Source of the DNA: Massalongia carnosa
Lineage: Eukaryota
Direction of reading: 5' to 3'
Assembly: GCA_965645245.1 (NCBI GenBank)
Contig: OZ287081.1
Span: forward strand, 1,116,001-1,180,000
DNA: 64,000 nt
Shown here piece after piece: positions 21,508-32,507 of this stretch. A program made the position numbers and the translations under genes. The notes below the pieces were generated by a model. The model was not told the origin of the DNA. It made no database searches and worked only from the letters and a program-made list of their open reading frames with translations. How positions within the stretch are numbered: the first letter of the stretch is position 1; the number at the start of each line of letters is the position of its first letter.

Positions 21508-23556
21508 AGGAAACACGGACTCCTCCTGGAAATAAAGGACGACAAGATCATGTTCTGGCTTAGGCATTGCACCCATCCTGGCGCCTCTGGACTGCCAACA
21601 CCAATGAAAATAATGAGGCAGACAACGTCGGCTTCGAACAAACCAGAACAGACCCGAACGGTCCGACAAATCCTGCTCCGACCGGAAGAGACTTGTACGG
21701 AACGATCCGCCCCATTGTCGGTACCTTTTAAGAAAATCGGAAAAGGACTATCAGAAAGACTATCACAAAAGTCATCTGCCGAAGATAAGCCGATAGAGTG
21801 CGCCCTCATAGGGGCTGCGGCCTACAAATCACTGACCAAGAAGAAAGACGTTCAACTATTCGCAATATCTCTGAGGGATATTGACTATCAATTAAACAAG
21901 GAAAGTTCGACTCCTACCGACCCGAAGACCAAAGTTCCTGAAGAATACCATGACTTTCTGAAGGTATTCTCCAAAGCTGAATCAGATAAGCTAGCATCTC
22001 ATCGCCCATACGATCACAGGATCCTGTTGACCGGAGATCAAGATCATGGACATAGCTATTTGAGGAGTATGTCCCGCATGGAATTGGATTTCGTGAAGAA
22101 ATATCTGGAAGACAATCTAAGAAAGGGGTTCATAGAGGCCAGTCATGCCGCATGTTCTTCTCCGATCCTATTAGCCAAGAAACCAGGTGGAGGACTCCGT
22201 TTCTGTGTTGATTACAGAAAGTTGAACCAACTAAGCAAGAAAGATAGATATCCATTGCCCTTGATTAATGAAACGCTAGCCCAGTTGAAGGAAGCCAAAG
22301 TTTTTTCCAAACTGGACATTCGACAGGCCTTTCACAAGCTGAGAATGGCCAGTGAATCTGAGGACCTTAACACCTTTAATTGCCGCTTTGGAGCGTACAA
22401 ATACAAGGTGTTACCATTCGGACTGACCGGAGGACCTTCTTCCTGGCAGCATTTCATCAATGACATTCTGTTCGAGTACCTGGATAAATTCTGCTCGGCC
22501 TACTTAGACGACATCTTGATCTACAGCAGGAATATTACAGAACATTGAGAACATGTCCGAAAAGTGTTGGCCAAACTTCAGGGAGCTGGTCTTCAAGTGG
22601 ATGTAGACAGGTGCGAATTTCATGTTATTGAAGTCAAGTAATTGGGGTTAATCATCACCACGGAAGGAATAAAAATGGATACAGCCAAGGTTCAGGCCAT
22701 AGTCAGTTGGGAAGTCCCCACCTGTCTTCGTGAAGTGCGATCTTTCATAGGATTCTGTAACTTTTATCGACGTTTCATAAGAGGCTTTTCCAAGATCGCT
22801 GGTTCACTGAACGCTTTGGCGAAAAAGGGAAAATTATTCGAATGGAATGAAGTCTGTGAACGAGCATTTCAAGGATTGAAACAGAGAGTTATTGAAGCAC
22901 CAGTCCTAGCTCACTTCGACCCGAAGAAACAATGTTATCTGGAAACGGACTCGTCAGACTACGTCAATGGAGGAATAATGTCTCAGAACGGAGAGGATGG
23001 AGAGTTGCACTCAGTCGCCTTCTTCTCCAAGAACCTCAACCCTGCTGAATGCAACTATGAAATCTATGACAAGGAGCTGCTGGCCATATCCGATATTTCG
23101 AACAATGGAGGCCCGAATTGGAAAGCACCGAGCTACCCGTTAAAATCTTCACCGACCATAAAAGCCTGGAATATTTTATGACCACAAAGAAAATCACCAG
23201 ACGACAGGCCCGATGGGCCGAGTTCCTCTCAGAGTTCAACTTTGTCATCACCTATAGGACGGGCAAGCAAATTGAAAAAGCTGATGCTCTTACACGTCGT
23301 CCGAACGACAAGCCACAGGATGACGAAGATGAAAGACAAAACATCAATTACAAACGGTGTTGACCTCGGATAGACTAGACCTTCAACCAATCGAGATCAT
23401 CGATAAAGATCTTACCCTCGCAGAAAAGATCAAACATAGAAATCTTCCAGATGAGACCTGCAACCGAATGAGGAGTAAGCTGACCGAAGAGGACTATGAA
23501 GAGTCACCGGAACTAGACCCGCTCCCTAGCATAAAAGATTGTGTAATCAAGGAAGG

Positions 23557-23890
23557 TGTCGGACCGTTCTTATTGATCTGGAAAATGATGTTCTCCTTGT
23601 CTATCTAAACTGGAAATTCTAGCTAGCTATATAGACCATTTCGCCACATTCTTTCATAATCTAGATATCTTCCAGCCACTTCTATTTACTAATAAATCAT
23701 TAGTGATCCGGAACCCATGCGAGGTACAATGCTTTGAAATCATTGAGTATTAGAAATCAGATATATGGCATAGAAAGAAATAGCATCTGAAAGATCGAGG
23801 CCTCGGTTATTAGTCCGAAATCACGTGCTTTTCCTTCAACAGGATCTTACTTCGGGAATTGGCTTGAACCACGGTCTATTAATATCGACA
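23557..23890. mobile_element. Solo LTR (334 bp) inserted in Gypsy pol
   Basis: TGTCGG...TCGACA termini; TSD GAAGG at 23552-23556 and 23891-23895. Confidence 0.88.
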
Positions 23891-23899
23891 GAAGGCCAC

Positions 23900-25031
23900 C
23901 ACGCGGGTGACAAAATAAATTGCAACGTGTAAGCGAATTTACCCCTGAATGCCCCATCAAAACACCCTCCTTTTTTTCAACTTTTTATCTCATCATCAAT
24001 GTCTCGACCCAAAAAGCCTCATTATGATACTCCCACAAAGGCCAAAGTTCAAGGAGCTTATCAATTTCTCATCTCTCTACAATTGGAAGGAAAACGCTAC
24101 ACATGGGATGCTTTAGCACAGGAGATTGGGGCCGACGTGATGGGACGTACAATGAAGAGAACTCTTACAGCTGCCTTGAATTATCACAAATGTCTAGCCT
24201 GTGTCAAAGGGTGGCTGGCAATGGCATCAGAAGAAAGAAGAGAAGAATTTGCTACAGTTATGTTAAATAAATATCCTCGGTCCGAAGACTCGCATCGCGT
24301 ACGATTCAGCGATGAGATTCATTTTGGCTACGGGCCTGAAGGACAGTTACGAATCATTCGTAAGCCCGGAACAAGATATCGTTGGGATTGTATTCAGCAT
24401 CGTGATGCACCACCTGAGAAAGATCGTAAAAGAAAGCACTGCTGGGTAGCAGTTGGTTACAATTTCAAGTCGGATATCTACTTCTACGATGTGCCCAGCA
24501 ATAGCAATGGAAAAATGACTCATCAGGTGTATATTGACGCTATTCTTAATCCCGTCGTCAAGCCCTGGTTGGAGCGTAGAGATGACTTCGTACTTGAAGA
24601 AGATAGAGACTCTGGTCATGGCACGGGCAAGAGACGAAACGCGGTCAAAAAGTGGAAGTTAGATCACGATTTAGAGCACTATTTCAATTGTTCTTCATCT
24701 CCTGATCTACCTCCCATTGGAAATTGCTGGCAGCCCGCAAAGCAGCATGTTCGTAAATTTCCTCATTGGGACGATGCAAGTTTGGAGCAGCTGATTAGGG
24801 AGGGATGGGCTCGAGTCAGTCAGGAATTTATCAATGAAAGGGTGTTATCCATGCCCAAAAGATTGAAAGAGGTGAAAGATGCAAAGGGGGCGATGACTGG
24901 TTATTGATCTCATGTAATTTAGATGAATTTTATCAGCTATGCAGATGATGGTTGATGATGAGATGAAAATTTGAATAAAAAAGGGGGGGTAAATTTGCTT
25001 ACACGTTGCAATTTATTTTGTCACCCGCGTG
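23900..25031 (+). mobile_element. Tc1/IS630-like DNA transposon with CACG termini and 5-bp TSD (internally deleted); ORF 23999..24907
   Basis: TIR CACGCGGGTGACAAAATAAATTGCAACGTGTAAGC at both ends; GCCAC at 23895-23899 and 25032-25036; motifs RFSDE, EED, SPDLPPIGN (catalytic E replaced by G). Confidence 0.9.
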
Positions 25032-26632
25032 GCCACCTCTATAAAGCCGAACGCTTATGGGTTCCCGCTGACGATGATTTGATCCTCGATGTAATTCGAC
25101 AAATTCATGATCAAGTAGCAGTCGGACACCCTGGAATGGCAAAAACACAACGAACAATCGCCAGGGACTACTATTGGCCAGGCATGTTAAACTCCATTCG
25201 GCGTTATGTCAGAAATTGCCATGTGTGCAAACGAGCCAAAGCACCCAGGGACAAATACAATGGAGTACTGAAACCCCTGCCAGTTCCTGAAAGACCATGG
25301 ACAGACATTTAGTTGAATTATGTAACTGGACTTCCAGAATCCCAAAATAGTCACAATGCAATTTTGATGGTAGTCGACCGATTGTCAAAGGAACGCCACT
25401 ACATTCCATGCACGGCCAAGGACGAGGGAACAACCGCTGAAGCCACCGCTAAACTGCTGATTGGGAATGTTTGGGGGTATCACGGCCTCCCAACGAGTAT
25501 GATTTCTGATCGAGGACCGCAGTTCTTCCGATACCTGGAAGGGCATGTGTAAGATCCTAGGAATCATCGCAAAGCTTTCCACCGCATTTCATCCTGAAAC
25601 AGACGGCCAAAGCGAAATACCAATCAAGAAATGGAACGACACCTTCGGAGTTTCGCCAATTACTTTCAGGACAACTGGTTTAAACTATTGCCAATGGCCG
25701 AGTTTGCAGCGAATTTCGGATAATCAGAAATCACCCACCTTTCACCTTTTATGGTCAATCGAGGTTATGAACCAAGGATGAGTTTTAGTTTGACCGACTT
25801 GTCGGCCGACACAACCCGTCAAAGACTCGCCAACGAAATAGCCAAGGACATTACCGAGGACATGGAGAAAGTTTGGGACTTCGTCCGAAACAGCACGACC
25901 AAAGCTCAGGAAAGATAAAGGACCGCCGCGGACCGGCACCGAAACCAAGTCACTTATGAGGAAGGAGACATGGTCTGGTTATCCACCAAAAACATCCAAA
26001 CCGAAAGAAGCTCCAGAAAGCTGGACCATACCGAGTGGAAGAACTCATCGGATCCGCATGCCAATTAAAGCTACCAGCCTCCATGAAAATTTATGACGTC
26101 TTTTATTCTAGCTTATTGTGAAAAACAGCTGACGACCCTCTACCCGGACAAGTAAATGAACCACCTCCTCCGGTAATAGTAGACAACAAGGAAGAATGGG
26201 AGGTGGATGACATACTAGACGCTCGGAGGTACTATCGAAAAGTCTAATTCAAAGTCAAATGGAAGGATCATGATGAAGATAGACAATGGTACGACGCAAC
26301 TGGCTTCGAAAATGCTAAGGACGTAGTAGAAGACTTCTATCTTCGACACCCTAACAAGCCTCGATGGAGCATTTCCTGATTATGATAGTCACTTTTGGTG
26401 CTAAAAACATAGGATGTTCAATAAACCTCCACTAACTGACGAACTTTCGCGATCAGGTGATTCGCGATCTTAAGAAGGGGTAATGTCACGATTCAACCAC
26501 ATCAACCCAAGGCCAATCAAAGGAAAGTACGGCATCTGCCGGCGTACTAACCGCTTCCGTTACTCAACCCTTTTAGCAGCAATCAACGGAGGTCTGAAAG
26601 GACTGAAAGTGACGCATCGGAACGACCTTCTA

Positions 26633-28821
26633 CGGGATTTCCCGGTGAAACGCCGAACCCGGTGACAACGCCGAATTTTAGAAAATTACTCCGCACCACC
26701 TTACCCTCTTCAACCATGAATAACACTACCACCACCGCGCCAATTGACCAAGCAATTGCTAATTTAGAATCGCAAGAGCGACCAAATATACTTGCAACTG
26801 CTAAGAAATTTGGCCTAGTCGAAAGTACTCTTCGGCGGCGATGGAAAGGCCAATCGGTCTCCCGACGGGAGGCTTCATCCACACATAAGCAACGCCTCAC
26901 AACGGTCCAAGAAGAGGCTCTAATCTCACAAATCAATCGATTAACCGACAGAGGAATACCTCCTACCCCTACAATTGTGCGCAATTTGGCAGAAGAAATG
27001 ATCCAGTCGTCAGTAGGTAGGAACTGGGCGGGAGAATTCACTAAGCGAAATCAAGATAGACTTAAAAGTCTATATTTATGCAACATGGACAGTCTACGCA
27101 TAAAGTCTGAGTATGCACCTACATTCAAACAATTCTATGATCAGGTCCGTAGTTTTGACAATATAACTGCCCCTAATTGCGTCGCATTTGTGCCTAATAG
27201 TCAACATTTCTTCTAGTTGATCGCGGGCATCGAAAAATATAACATCACAGCAGATAACGTCTATAATTGGGACGAAAAGGGCTTTTTAATTGGCATGGCC
27301 TCTGCCGTAAAGCGAATAATGACTCTTGAAGCTCTAGAATCGGGGCGCATAACCCATGCGAGTCAAGATGGAAGTCGTGAATTCATCAGTCTACTGGCTT
27401 GCATATGCGCAAACGGTACCGCTTTACTACCCGCGCTGATCTATAGAGGCGATTCAAAGACACTTCAGGATACATGGTTAGAAGATTGGAGTGTAGATCA
27501 GCAAGCTTTCTTCGCGGTCTCCTCCAATGGATGGAGTTGTGACCTGCTTGGTCTGAACTGGCTTGAGCGTGTTTTTGAACGATGTACGAAGCAAATGGGG
27601 CATAGAAGGCGGTTGCTGGTGGTGGATGGTCATTCTAGCCACGTCAATATGAAATTCATCAATAAATGCGATGAACTACGAATTCTATTGATGATTCTAC
27701 CATCGCATACTACGCACCGGTTGCAACCCCTAGATGTTTCATTGTTTGCCCCCCTGGCCCGGTATTATACGAATGGCCTCAATGATATGATGTTTAACTC
27801 ATTGGGCACAGTGAACATATCAAAAAGAGTCTTCTGGGGTGTTTTTTGGCCTGCCTGGCAGAAGGCCTTCAATGAAAAGAACATAAACTCTGGGTTTGAG
27901 AAGACAGGCATATGGCCGTACAATCCAAACATCCTACTAGATAAAATCACCAAATCGCCTTCACCAGAGGAGATACCTAACGTCACACAAGCACCCAAGA
28001 CACCTATGACGGGACGGGCGGTTCGTCGCATACAAAAAGCCTACGTAAAAGAGCCAAATAGAGTTTTGTTGTCCAAGATATTTGCTGCAAATGAGCGTCT
28101 CGCAGCTAATCGTTCTATTGATCAACACGTAATTAGGGGCCTATGCGAGGCACTTAAAGAGGAAAAGAAACGACGAAAACGTGGTAAACGCCTGAATTTG
28201 CTAGGTAAAGAAGATTCTGGGCCTCAATTTTTCAGTCCGGGTAGGGTGGCAGCGGCCAGAGCCTATCAGGCTTCAAAAGATGACGAAAAGACACGACGGC
28301 AACAGGATCTCGCTGAAAAACGGGCACAATTAGTTTTTAACAAGTCGCTGAAGGAAAAAGAAAAGCAAGAACGGGCCCTAGTTGCTATAGAAAAAAAACA
28401 ATTGATCGAGGAGGCGAGGCAGTCTAAAGCGGTCGAAAAGCAGGCCCAAAACGAATTGAAAACCGCAAGTACTAAGCCTTCTGAATTATCGATGAGGTTG
28501 AAATCGACATCTACAGGGCCAAAGCAGGTGCCAAAGTGTCGAAAGCAGTCCCAGGAGCAAAGTGATGATGTCGAGGTGGTTGGTGGAGTGGAAATGATAA
28601 TTTCTCGTACATCTAGGGGGAGAGAGGTGCGAAAGCCAAATCATTTTGGCGAATAGAATTTTTCTTCTATACATCAAATTGGACACCTTCTATGTACAAT
28701 TTACCAAAGCTTCAGTGTATCAATCGTGGTGGTTGTCGCATGGTAGCAAAAAATAGCAAAGTGCCGAAATTTAGAAATTTCGGCGTTCTCACCGGGTTCG
28801 GCGTTTCACCGGGAAATCCCG
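26633..28821 (+). mobile_element. pogo/Fot1-like DNA transposon (2189 bp) inserted in the Gypsy 3' LTR
   Basis: TIR CGGGATTTCCCGGTGAAACGCCGAACCCGGTGA; TA TSD at 26631-26632 and 28822-28823. Confidence 0.93.
26716..28656 (+). CDS. pogo/Fot1 DDE_1 transposase, two exons (26716..27144, 27217..28656), apparently intact, about 622 aa
   Basis: HTH (STLRRRW), YNWDEKGF, VVDGHSSH, HRLQPLDV; phase-0 GT...CTAAT...AG intron joins the two ORFs in frame. Confidence 0.88.
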
Positions 28822-29328
28822 TAAAGCAAACACAAATGGATGAAAGGGACAAAGGGCAGAAAGACTGTTTGACCAAACTGTTCACTTATTGATGGAGACA
28901 CAAACAGCTGGATCGGGCAAAGCGATTATCTATATAGACTCCTAGAGAGAGCACCTTTGCTTGTTTTCTTTCTGCATCTTTGATATTTTCTAGTGCATAG
29001 CTTCCCAGTAGATAGTCAATTCCACATCCTTGTTGAACCGTCACAACCTTCGAGCTTGCCACATCCGCGTCCCGCCTAAGATGCAGCTTTAGAGATGATT
29101 CCACGCTGCTGCTAAGCATGATGGGTCATTTTGAGATTGCCTTATACTTTGCGGTTGTTAATGCAGCAATCGATATTGTTGAGAATTGAGCCGAGATGTC
29201 TGCTTATTAATAAGAGCACTAACCGAATGCGGATCAAGCACTAAGGGTTATTTCGGCCGTGGCAACACATCACTAATCATTCGAGATGTCATCCATCTGC
29301 CAGCTAAGGGAGGCAAAACGGAATATAT

Positions 29329-29582
29329 TGTTAGATGGTGAGGCTACCATTGGTTAGATGGTCAGGCTACCATCAATATAGGCATCCATCGTGAGTCACA
29401 CGGGTGTCTACCAGGCACCTATGGAGGTGCCTAACAGGCAGCTATGGGAAGCCTACAGCATTACTGCTGTGTGACTGCTATAAAAGCAGGTAGATAGCCC
29501 ACATAGATAATAACCCTCAATGACATGTATGCTTCTTATTGCCCTACTTCCGATTCATGATCAATAGCCTGGTGTTTCAACA
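29329..29582. mobile_element. Probable Copia-type solo LTR (254 bp)
   Basis: TGTTAG...TCAACA termini; imperfect TSD TATAT/GATAT; TATAAAA inside. Confidence 0.55.
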
Positions 29583-29977
29583 GATATCAAGTCAGGTATC
29601 TTTATTGATCCAAACATCAGATTACATAGTCGTACATGTATTTGTATTGTCCAAGTCTAGAGAGCTAGGAATATTGTATAGACCACTTTATTAATCTCGC
29701 GTTCAATTGAAGGGGAAAGTGTCCTAAAAATTGACGCTAGAGGAGGCCAAGAGGATTTTGTACAGGCTCATGTGCTCGATTTTAATGATGACAAGACTGC
29801 CATCATGTTTATAAATCTATGCTTCAAAAATATTACAAACAAGTCAGCGCGACAGAAAACCGTTGATTGCATTTCAAGTTGCTTGAAATCAGCTTAGAAA
29901 AATTAGCATTTGGCAAGTTTTCTCTCGCCTTAGGATAAGAGGTAATAATACCATTGGCAGAGCTTGCAGAGCTCCTT

Positions 29978-30658
29978 TTGCCTCAGTACCTCAGACGTGC
30001 CCGGCTAAGCCCCTTCGGGTTAGCCTTACAGAACGTTAAGCCCCTTCGGGTTAACAGGCTGACTACGCAGCATATCTGTAGCAAGTCTGAGCCCAAAACT
30101 CAAGATTACGGTCAGATATGGCTTAACGATCATGACAAGAACGATTTCGACCTTATAGAATAACGTCACAACTTCATTGTTTTCATGTTGTAACGTCGTC
30201 ATCGCTTGATATGATCATGATCAATGTATTTTTGATTTTTTCGTTATAAATTTCAATCTTTATTTATGTTTATAACGTGCAGAGCAATTTTACATACATC
30301 TTGTTATTTTCGTTAAGTCGATTCTTGATTTCTATGCGAAGTGCAATCAGATTGCCCCACATGAACTTTACAACGAACAGGAATTTCAGGAAACTTTCTA
30401 CACAAATTCTACTTGAATTCTTTCGAAGAAATAGCCCGTGTCAAGCAAAAAAGCAAGACGTCAAAATGTCGAAAAATCGCAATAATACACGATTTATTAC
30501 GAATATCTGACCGTAATGTTTAGTTTTGCGCTCAGACGTGCTATCGCAGCCACGTTAGTCAGCTGGGACGCTAATCCGAAGGAGCTTAGCGAAATAGGCT
30601 AACCCGGAGGGGCTTAGACGGCTCCTAGAGCCCACGCACGTCTGAGGTACTGAGGCAA
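29978..30658. mobile_element. MITE / non-autonomous TIR element (681 bp) with 8-bp TSD
   Basis: About 140-155-bp imperfect TIRs TTGCCTCAGTACCTCAGACGTGC...ATTACGGTCAGATAT; AGCTCCTT at 29970-29977 and 30659-30666. Confidence 0.88.
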
Positions 30659-32507
30659 AGCTCCTTCCACATGATAAGCTCGATGACAAATAGGTGGAGA
30701 TTCAGGAATCAGGCATATTTACAACGATCTTGAAACGAATTCATCGCATGATCTGCTTCTATCAAAAAGCTGACGCGCAAATTAAATAGTAATTGCTCAA
30801 AGCAATATTTTTGAAAAGGAAAGAACAGCAATTATTTTGTTCAAGGCATTCATTATACGGGAGTTTGATCACTTGCTCAGCATATATGTGCCCCTTTGGA
30901 TTTCTACCCATGTGGTGTCGATGAAGCCCAATAGGTATGGGATAAGAGATTTGAGGTCCTCTTTGGCCCTCTGTGCTTAGGCACAGATTTTGAACATGAC
31001 AACAAGATGCTATCGCTAGAGTCTAAAAGTGCGGAAATGTATGCCAGAAAATGGCGCAGGCTTGAAGCTCTTCCGTGATTAACTCGCAGACTCTCACTTA
31101 CGATTATGCAAACTCAAAAACTGGTCATATTATGGGATTTTAACTGGCTGACCACCAGTTTTTGCATCCCGCTTATCTTGTTCCAAGTTCAAAAATCAGC
31201 GTTCTAAGCTGCCAATCTTGAGAAATTCTGGCTCTGAAAGCTTCATCAAGGAAAGCGCGCTCTCATGCAATACCCAGAGTGAAGAACAAGTGTGAAAACA
31301 GTCAGAAAGCTTTTTAAAGAGTCAGCTCCTTGAGTCGGAATGGAGAGACTCCTCTCGTTGTGAGGTTCTTTTATGGTAGACCGAACGACACTTAGTTTTC
31401 AATTAACGCCATATGCAAATATTAAAGCTTCATCTGAACTTGTCGAATCGCCATGCAAATTTACAATGGACGATATCCAGTGTGAATGCAAGTAGCTCAG
31501 ATGCAATGAGAATTCGAGCATGCGTTCTGAGTTGCGCCGGTATTTAGTAAACCATCATCTTCTCAAAAGCAACATTATGAATTCCATGACATTTGCTTGC
31601 TTATGTGATAGCTGCTTTGGCTCTAAGGAGTTAGTCCTCTCCAATATAAACCCATGGCAAGATCATATGGATCAATTGCATGGCATGAAAGCTTTAGTAA
31701 AAACCGTTTGTGGAAAGTCCTGCTTCGTCTATGACACTGAAGCTGCTTTCCCAATCTCCTTTACTTTCAACCCCTATTGATAGCAATTTAGGCGATTTTT
31801 CGGCTATTGATTGCAAAGAGAAGGGATCTATAGTGGCGTCTGACGGGGTTTCTCCGGAAATTGATATTCATAGCGCTTTAGAAAACAGTGATGAAGTTAG
31901 CGGAGATGCAAGAACTGGCAATGCCCAGAATAAGAGTATTGTGATTCCAGCTACCCAAACACTCTTATGCGAATCCGCTTTTGACCCCGAATGGCCCCAA
32001 GATGCAAGTTCCAATTTAGGATCCGGGCGTACGTGGCATAGAAAGCAAGCTTTCGAAGCGGCCACGCACCGAAGTGGCCCAAGATGGGAGGGGGATCATC
32101 GTCTGATTTCTTCTGGAGGTCATGGGGCTGAGGAAGTAGAACTACGATCTGACGCGGAGACGCATACAACATGCTTGATGCAGCCCAACAGTCTCTCGCT
32201 ATTATGGTGTTCGAAGCTGAATGGGAATTTCTGGGTTTGCAAAACTAGATGAATGATCAAATTCATTTGAATCAGGAACACTGTGATAGCATGACAAGCT
32301 AAAGCTATGAGGAAGAACTCAATAAGACGCCCGATGGCGACCCCTTAATTAACCCAGAATAGTGAGAAGAACGGAAGATTCTTCACAGTTCAAGAATTTA
32401 GGGTGTTTTTTATGAGCTGTTGATGTTAGGAAAGGAAGGACTGTTAAACATCCTTGCAAAATCACTCGTGCATCCGACTATCCGCAACCCCTAAATTAGT
32501 CGATGTA

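Larger units (their letters stand above)
20243..29045 (+). mobile_element. Ty3/Gypsy chromovirus, 5'-truncated, carrying four nested insertions
   Basis: gag tail with decayed CCHC (YCKENGHLAKDC), protease LDTGATG, RT (LRFCVDYRKLN, YLDDILIYS), RNase H ([17 protein letters not shown]), integrase (GHPG..C..C, SDRGPQF, TDGQSE), chromodomain [10 protein letters not shown]...VKWK at about 26190-26375, PPT AAGAAGGGG, 3' LTR 26484..29045 split by a pogo element. Confidence 0.93.

Noticed and set aside
31520..32252. Possible gene (180-aa ORF) downstream of urease
   Set aside because: No recognisable motif, non-ATG start and no convincing exon structure; cannot be supported without RNA data
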